64,000 nt of DNA from Eledone cirrhosa. Lineage: Eukaryota. Position numbers and translations under genes: made by a program. The stretch lies in NCBI GenBank assembly GCA_964016885.1, contig OZ024754.1, forward strand, positions 36,456,001 to 36,520,000, read 5' to 3'. Under the pieces are notes generated by a model, which was given only the letters and a program-made list of their open reading frames with translations, did not search any database and was not told the origin of the DNA. Numbering within the stretch: the stretch's first letter is position 1; every line of letters starts with the position of its first letter. Shown here piece after piece: positions 56,981 to 64,000 of the stretch.

Positions 56981-58245
56981 TATATATTTATACATACGCA
57001 CATATATAAAATAAAGTACCAGTAATGCACCAGGGTCGATTTAATCAACTTTCCTCTTCTCTTGAAATTGTGCCAAAAATACAAACAATTATTTAGGCAG
57101 TGGATTGGCAGCATAGGTAGAAATGAAGCTGGTATGAGTGTGGGTGTGTTTGAGAGAGAGGGGGTGGTGAGTGAGAGAAGGGGAGTGAGAGTGAGTGAGA
57201 GAAGGGGAGAGAGAAGGAGAGAGAGAGAGAGAGAGAGAGAGAAAGAAGCTGTAGTCGCGGTAATGCCAAATTTCTTTTAATCCTCGTACGATTTAATAAC
57301 GCATGCACCTTAGAGCAAGTTGTTATCGTCTGCTAATCTGCGAAGACTGAATAAAGACAAGGTTAACTTTGCCTTTCATCCTTACTGGGTCGATAAAATA
57401 AAGTACCAGTAATGTACTGGTTCATTGCTGGCCTTGTGCCTAAAGTAGAAACAATTATTTTAATAATTTTCAAAATTTATTAAGTCAGTTATGTTTCTTT
57501 CTAATATAACATTAATTGTTTCTATTTTAGGCACAAGGCCACCAATTACCCAGTGCATTACTGGTACTTTATTTTATCGACCCCGTAAGGATGAAAGGCA
57601 AAGTCAACCTCGGCGGGATTTGAACTCAGATCGTAAAGGGACGTAACTATGCTGGAAAGCATGGCGTCCGACCCTCTACCGATACTGCCAATCCACCAAT
57701 GGTTTCTGATTTAGGCACAAGGCATTCAATTTTGGGGGTAGGGGAAAGTCAATTAAATGGACCTCGGTGAATTACTAGTGCTTTATTTTATCTACCCCGT
57801 AAGGATAAAAGGCAAAGTTAACTTCGGCGGGGTTTGAACTCAGACCGTAAAGGGTTGCAACTCTATGCTGCTAAGCATGGCATTCGACCCTATACCGATA
57901 CTGCCAATCCACCCCCTAAATAATTGTTTCTACTTTTGGCACAGGGCCAGTAATTATTCCAGTACATTATTGCTACTCTATTTTATCGACCTCGTAAGGG
58001 TGAAAGACAAAGCTAACCTCGGCGGGATTTGAACTCAGAATGGCAAGGGCCGTAACTCTATACGTCAAAGTATGGCGTCCGACCCTCTACCGATACTGCC
58101 AATCCACCACCCATTACAAGAAGTAATAATATGAAGCAGAATTTAACCTCGGTGAGATTTGAACTCAGAACGTAAAGGGTCGTAACTCTCTGCTGCAAAG
58201 CATGTTGTCCGACGCTCTACCAGTACTGCCAATCCAATGCCCTAA
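56598..58245. mobile_element. Dense SINE family 1 cluster (about 8 full or partial copies; + copies first, then - copies)
   Basis: Plus strand: 56598-56880, 57005-57095, 57360-57460. Minus strand: 57513-57698, 57700-57915, 57920-58112, 58140-58243. Confidence 0.9.
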
Positions 58246-58784
58246 TAAAACATTAATAAAACTATTTTTAAATTATTTATTATATTTATTTCATTATATT
58301 ATTAATATGTAATTAAGTACTGTATGTGATTTGTTTGTAGATATATGACATATAAATAAAACATAAAATCTCATATTGATCCATATGGCATGGGGGGGAA
58401 AGGGGCTCAGCTGGTTTATATTTTTTTAAATGCCTTAGAAACGCAGTATGCCAATATGGCGCCCTTACGACACCCTCGGGAATTTAGGGTCCATACCATT
58501 GATCGATAATACATGGTAGCTGTATCTAATCAAGGCTGTGGAATTTCCACGGGATCAGCTAGTGAGATTTAATATATTAGCTACATTACTGAAGGATATC
58601 CGTCGTTAGAAAGATGAGTTGATTTTACAGGTTCAATTCTGCTGGAACCTAAGCTGGCACGAATTGCTTGAGTAATTAAACTTTGAACTGCATGTTACCT
58701 AACACATACACACATTCACATATACACACACACATTATTGTATATATGTATGCATGCATGTGTGTGGGGGGGGGGGTGCATGGT

Positions 58785-59310
58785 AACAGTAAGGTTTGGG
58801 GGAGGAGGTCAACTCCATCTTGATAGCAGTAAGTTTCGGGGGGAGGTGGACCAAACAATGTCTTGAGACCAGTAAGGTTTAGCGGGGAGGACATGACAAA
58901 TGACGTCTTGATAACAGTAAGGTTTAGAGGAGGTGATCCAAACGATGACTTGATACCAGTAAGGTTGAGATGGGGTGGATCAAACGACGTCTTGAGACCA
59001 GTAAGGTTTAGATGAGGTGGATCAAACGACGTCTTGAGACCAGTAATGTTTAGATGGGGTAGATCAAACGACGTCTTGAGACCAGTAAGGTTTAGGGGAA
59101 GTGAACCAAACGATGACTTGATACCAGTATGGTTTTGTAGGAGGTGAACCAAACGTTGTCTTGAGACCAGTAAGGTTTAGAGGTGAACAAACGACGTCTT
59201 GATACCAGTAAGGTTTAGGGGAGGTGGATAGGACAAACGATGTCTTGATACTAGTAAGATTTAGAGGAGGTGAACAAACGATGTCTTGAGACTAGTAAAG
59301 TTTAGGGAGT
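58785..59310. repeat. Diverged minisatellite of about 42 bp (CCAGTAAGGTTTAGATGAGGTGGATCAAACGACGTCTTGAGA), about 12-13 copies
   Basis: Direct reading. Gives a 14-aa repeat, TGLKTSFDPPHLNL, on the minus strand. Confidence 0.9.
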
Positions 59311-59430
59311 CCATTCTGAATAGGGAGCTATTCCCTTTCGATACAAATTCAAACGTTGTAGCTTTGTTGTTTCATTGTTAGAAACCAGGTCTTTTTTTTA
59401 TAGGAAATATTTAAGCATGCACAAACACAT

Positions 59431-59502
<72 letters not shown>

Positions 59503-59635
59503 ACATACACACTCACATGCAAACATATATACATACATATATACATACATAGACTACACGGGTATGATGTAATGAGATGAACTGATGTTGAATGTGTTAC
59601 CATCTCCCTTCCTTTTCTTACAGACACACACACAC

Positions 59636-59677
<42 letters not shown>

Positions 59678-59682
59678 GCATG

Positions 59683-59741
<59 letters not shown>

Positions 59742-59751
59742 ATGTACGCAT

Positions 59752-59796
<45 letters not shown>

Positions 59797-59799
59797 CGC

Positions 59800-59863
<64 letters not shown>

Positions 59864-60691
59864 GTGTGTGTGTATATATGTATACATATATATATATATA
59901 TATGGATATATATATATATATACAGTATATATATATATATATATATATACGCACTTAAACAAGGGATTATATATGTGTATGTGTGTAGGCATACATACAT
60001 ACATACATACATACATACATACATACATACATACATACATACATACATACATACACACATACATACTTATATATATATATATATACACACACACATATAC
60101 GTCTTTCTTTCACCACAGGTTACCTGGGCTGATATTGTTTGTGATATTTAAATGTGTATGTGTATATGTATATGTGTCCCACTGTATGTATGTATGTATG
60201 TATGTATGTATGTATGTATGTATGTATGTATGTGTTTGTGTGTGTGTATGTGGACGATGTGTCTATTGAGGGAATGATGTATATAGAGGGTTGGTATGGT
60301 GTGGAGGGGTGGGGGCGATAGCCTGCTGGGTAGGGGTGAGGCTGGGGGGGGGGGGCTATAGTGACGCGTGGACAATATCAGTAATAATAATGGAAGGGAG
60401 GGAGGGAGGGAGGGAAGGAAGGAAGGAGTCGTGTGAACCGAGTTGGAGACGGCGGCGGTGGTGGTGGTGGTGGCGTTGGAGCGTGGCTTGTACATATCTA
60501 TGAGTAAGCCTGGTTGTCCAGGGTACGTTAGAGGTGAGTGTGGTGGGATTGGGAGTGGGGGGTAGGAGCAGGTGAAGTGGAGGAGGAAGAGGGGTGAAGG
60601 GCGTAGGTGTGGAGGAAGGGGGTAGAGAGCGAGAGAGGATTGGAGGGGAGAAGGGGGTAGGTGTGGAGGAAGGGCGTAGATGTGGAGACGG

Positions 60692-60726
<35 letters not shown>

Positions 60727-61033
60727 GAGAGAGAGAGGGTTGGAGTGGAGAAGGAGGTAGACGTGAAGAGGGTAGATGTGGAGACGGGGATAGAGAGAGA
60801 GAGAGAGAGAGAGTGAGAGAGAGAGTGAGAGAGAAGGTTGGAGTAGAGAAAGGGGTGTGACTATGTATGTGTGTATGTGTGTGTATACGTTTGTGTAAGT
60901 GTGTATGGTTGTATGTGTGACTATGTATGTGTGTGTGAGTATATATGCGTGTGTGTAAATGTGTATGGCTGTGTGTGTGACTATGTATGTGTGTATGTAA
61001 GTATATCCCTTTGTGTAAGTGTGTATAGCTGTA

Positions 61034-61080
<47 letters not shown>

Positions 61081-61720
61081 ACGAATGTGTGTGGATATGT
61101 ATGTGTGTATGTAAGTATATGCGTTTGTGTGTGTATAGCTGTATGTGTGTGTGTGTGTGTGTGTGTGCACGAATGTGTGTGGATATGTATGCAAGTATGT
61201 GTGTGGGAGTGTGTATGTGAGTGTTTGTATGTGAATATGTGTACGTGTGAGTATGTGTGTGAGGGGTGTGTGTGAGTATGTGTTTGTATATATATGGATG
61301 TATATGCGTCGTGTGTGTATATGTGTTTGAAAGTTTGAATGTGTGTGAATGTGTGTGAGTGTGTGTGTGTGTGTGTGAAAGTTTGTGTGTGTGTGTGTGT
61401 GTGTAAGTAGGGAGGGGTTGTAGTGTCATGTCCGCGTGAAAGCGGAAGAGTGAAATATAAACACTGGTGGTGATGGTGGTAGTGGTGGTGGTGATGGTGG
61501 TGTTGGTACTGGTGGTGGTGGTGGTGGTGATGGTGGTAGTGGTGGTGGTGGTGATGGTGGTGGTGTTGGTATTGGTGGTGGCGGTAGTGGTAGTTATGGT
61601 TATGACGGTAGTGGTGGTGGTGGTGATAGTCATGATGAGGGTGGGGTGAGCTAATAGTGCTGGTGGTGTTAATGGTAGTCGTTGTTATGGCGGTAGTGAT
61701 GATGGTGGTAGTTATGATGA

Positions 61721-61815
61721 AGGCGGAGGCTCCCTCATCAGACGCCGACGTTCCGGTCTTGCGGAGGAGCTCGGCAGTACGGGGTCCAAGTACGTCTGAG
61801 GTCTCGACGGCGACC
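61721..61815 (-). mobile_element. CRE-like RLE-domain fragment
   Basis: VAVETSDVLGPRTAELLRKTG aligns with LAVETSGVPGPRITSLFTTIG at 45640-45715. Confidence 0.55.
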
Positions 61816-62974
61816 GATATCCTCAATAGGAAGGGACAAATATCTCGGGCCAAACAAGAAGATCCTCGATAACTGACTTCTCTGTCCACCAAGGGCAAGG
61901 GCCCTTATCCAATTACGGAATCCTGATCCACGGGTGCATGAGTCAAAGCATTTTCAGTTCGAGACTATATTCGATTTAATCAACCCACAGAGATGATTTG
62001 GAAAGAACAAAGAGAAAATAATGTGGAGTCGGAACAAAGAAAGTACTAGAAACTCTGCAAAAACTGAATCTAGTGACCCAGTTTTCGGTGACTCGTCACC
62101 GCCTTTCCAAACCACAAGCACCACCACCACCACCACCACCACTACCACCACAACCACAACAACCACCACCGCCACCACAACCACAACCAAAACAACCACC
62201 ACCACCACCACCACCACAACCACAACCACAACAACCACCACCGCCACCACAACCACAACAACCGCCACCACCACCACCACCACCACCACCACAACCACAA
62301 CAACCACCACCGCCACCACAACCACAACAACCGCCACCACCACCACCACCACTACCACCACAACTACAACAACCACCACCGCCACCACAACCACAACAAC
62401 CGCCACCACCACCACCACCACCACCACCACAACCACAACAACCACCACCGCCACCACAACCACAACAACCACCACCACCACCACCACCACCACCACAACC
62501 ACAACAACCACCACCGCCACCACAACGACAACAACCGCCACCACCACCACCACCACAACAACCACCACCGCCACCACAACGACAACAACCGCCACCGCCA
62601 CCACCACCACCACCACAACAACCACCACCGCCACCACAACGACAACAACCGCCACCACCACCACCACCACCACCACCACAACCACAACAACCACCACCGC
62701 CACCACAACCACAACAACCGCCACCACCACCGCCAGCACCACCACTACTACCACCACCCCATCAACACCATCAGCAGGACGTCGAAGGGGAACGAAGAAA
62801 TTGTAAAGTGTGGTGGCTTGTTAAGTCCAATTTATATCAAACCACCCGAAACCACCTGCTGGTTCTGATACAAAAATGCTTATGCTAAATCATATATATA
62901 TATATATATACGTTAGCATATATATATATATATATACACACACATACATATATCATATATTTATACACAGACTA

Positions 62975-63008
<34 letters not shown>

Positions 63009-63009
<1 letters not shown>

Positions 63010-63177
63010 ACGGAGGAAATGTGGTAAGGAACCAGGTGGACCATAACGCACCAAAGTACTCAATACTTAGGGTAGTAGAGTGGGTAATAGCAACGAGTAG
63101 GACCCCGACGGCTGAGCTCAAGCCGTTTCGACGGTTAATTCGGCTTGAGCTCAGCCGTCGGGGTCCTACTCGTTCCT
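63009..63177. mobile_element. Family A fold-back module (centre deleted)
   Basis: Same subfamily variants as 51768-51968 (ACGAGTAGGACCC). Confidence 0.85.
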
Positions 63178-63291
63178 ATATACAGATGTGTTGGTATCTG
63201 TGTTTCATCACATACATATTAGTTTATACACGGCTCAGTGGGTATTTTCCTCCTTCGAGCTAATTCCATTGTAAAAGAATTCATTACCTTA

Positions 63292-63335
<44 letters not shown>

Positions 63336-63494
63336 ATCAAAAGATGGTTAAAAGAGTTCCATGTATTTTATTATGCGCATTTCAAAAACAAATATCATCA
63401 TGCAACAACATTTGCGTTTTCGTCAGATAAAATAGGGAGACACGATATGAAGGTTAAAACACACTTGTGAGTAGTGCAGTTTTAAATCAACATA

Positions 63495-63837
63495 TCATCA
63501 TCATTTCATCATCATTTCATTTTACGTCTGCTTTTTCCCTGCTTGCAAGGGTGGGACGGGAATGGATTCTGGATTGATTTCTACAGCTAGATGCTCTTCC
63601 TAACACCAACCTCATTTACAGTGGGTGCTTTTTTGCCGTGGCACCTCCACGACCACTTTGCAGTGGAATGATATGGACCCCAATCCCTATCATCTCATTT
63701 CTACAGCTGAGTAAACTGGAGCAATGTGAAATAAAGTGTCTTGCTCAAGGAAACAACACATCACCCGGTCTGAGAATTGAACTCACAACCTTTCGATTGC
63801 AAGGCCAATGCTCTAACGACTAAGCCATGTGCCTCCA
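63495..63837 (-). mobile_element. tRNA-derived SINE with a family 2-like head, a different body and a (TGA)n-like tail
   Basis: Minus strand reads TGGCTTAGTCG..GAGTTCAATTCT..CCTTGAGCAAGACACTTTATTTCAC..GGTTGGTGTTAGGAAGAGCATCTAGCTGTAGAAA. Confidence 0.8.
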
Positions 63838-63860
63838 TATATATATATATAGAGAGAGAG

Positions 63861-63953
<93 letters not shown>

Positions 63954-64000
63954 CAGATGCGTGTCAAAGAAAAAATGGAAGGTAAGTGTAATATAAAGAT

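Noticed and set aside
58676-59152. 14-aa repeat protein
   Set aside because: The 42-bp unit keeps the frame open by arithmetic; neighbouring units have indels and the ORF runs into microsatellite.

Overview
This is animal (eukaryotic) DNA, not prokaryotic. The very long (TA)n/(CA)n/(GA)n tracts and the tRNA-derived SINE families suggest an octopod cephalopod; this is an inference from repeat content, not a database result. No host protein-coding gene can be supported, and almost every ORF in the track is translated microsatellite. The window contains: dense micro- and minisatellites (17-, 21-, 42-, 47/50- and 72-bp units); about 30 tRNA-derived SINE copies or fragments; decayed non-LTR retrotransposon pieces (RTE/Rex3-like RT, a second RTE 3' end, CRE-like RLE ends, a Hero-like RT); a probable Tigger/pogo remnant; two MITE families; and a 200-N assembly gap. 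The most interesting signal is a set of short modules embedded in (TA)n that carry hammerhead-ribozyme (HHR) core motifs of the kind found in Penelope-like elements (PLEs). Many have become fold-back palindromes that turn around inside the ribozyme, and the two arms share copy-specific variants. One nearly intact minimal HHR lies at 2187-2240 (-). A second structured element of about 0.55 kb, present twice, has conserved hairpins. Coordinates were read by eye and may be off by a few bases.
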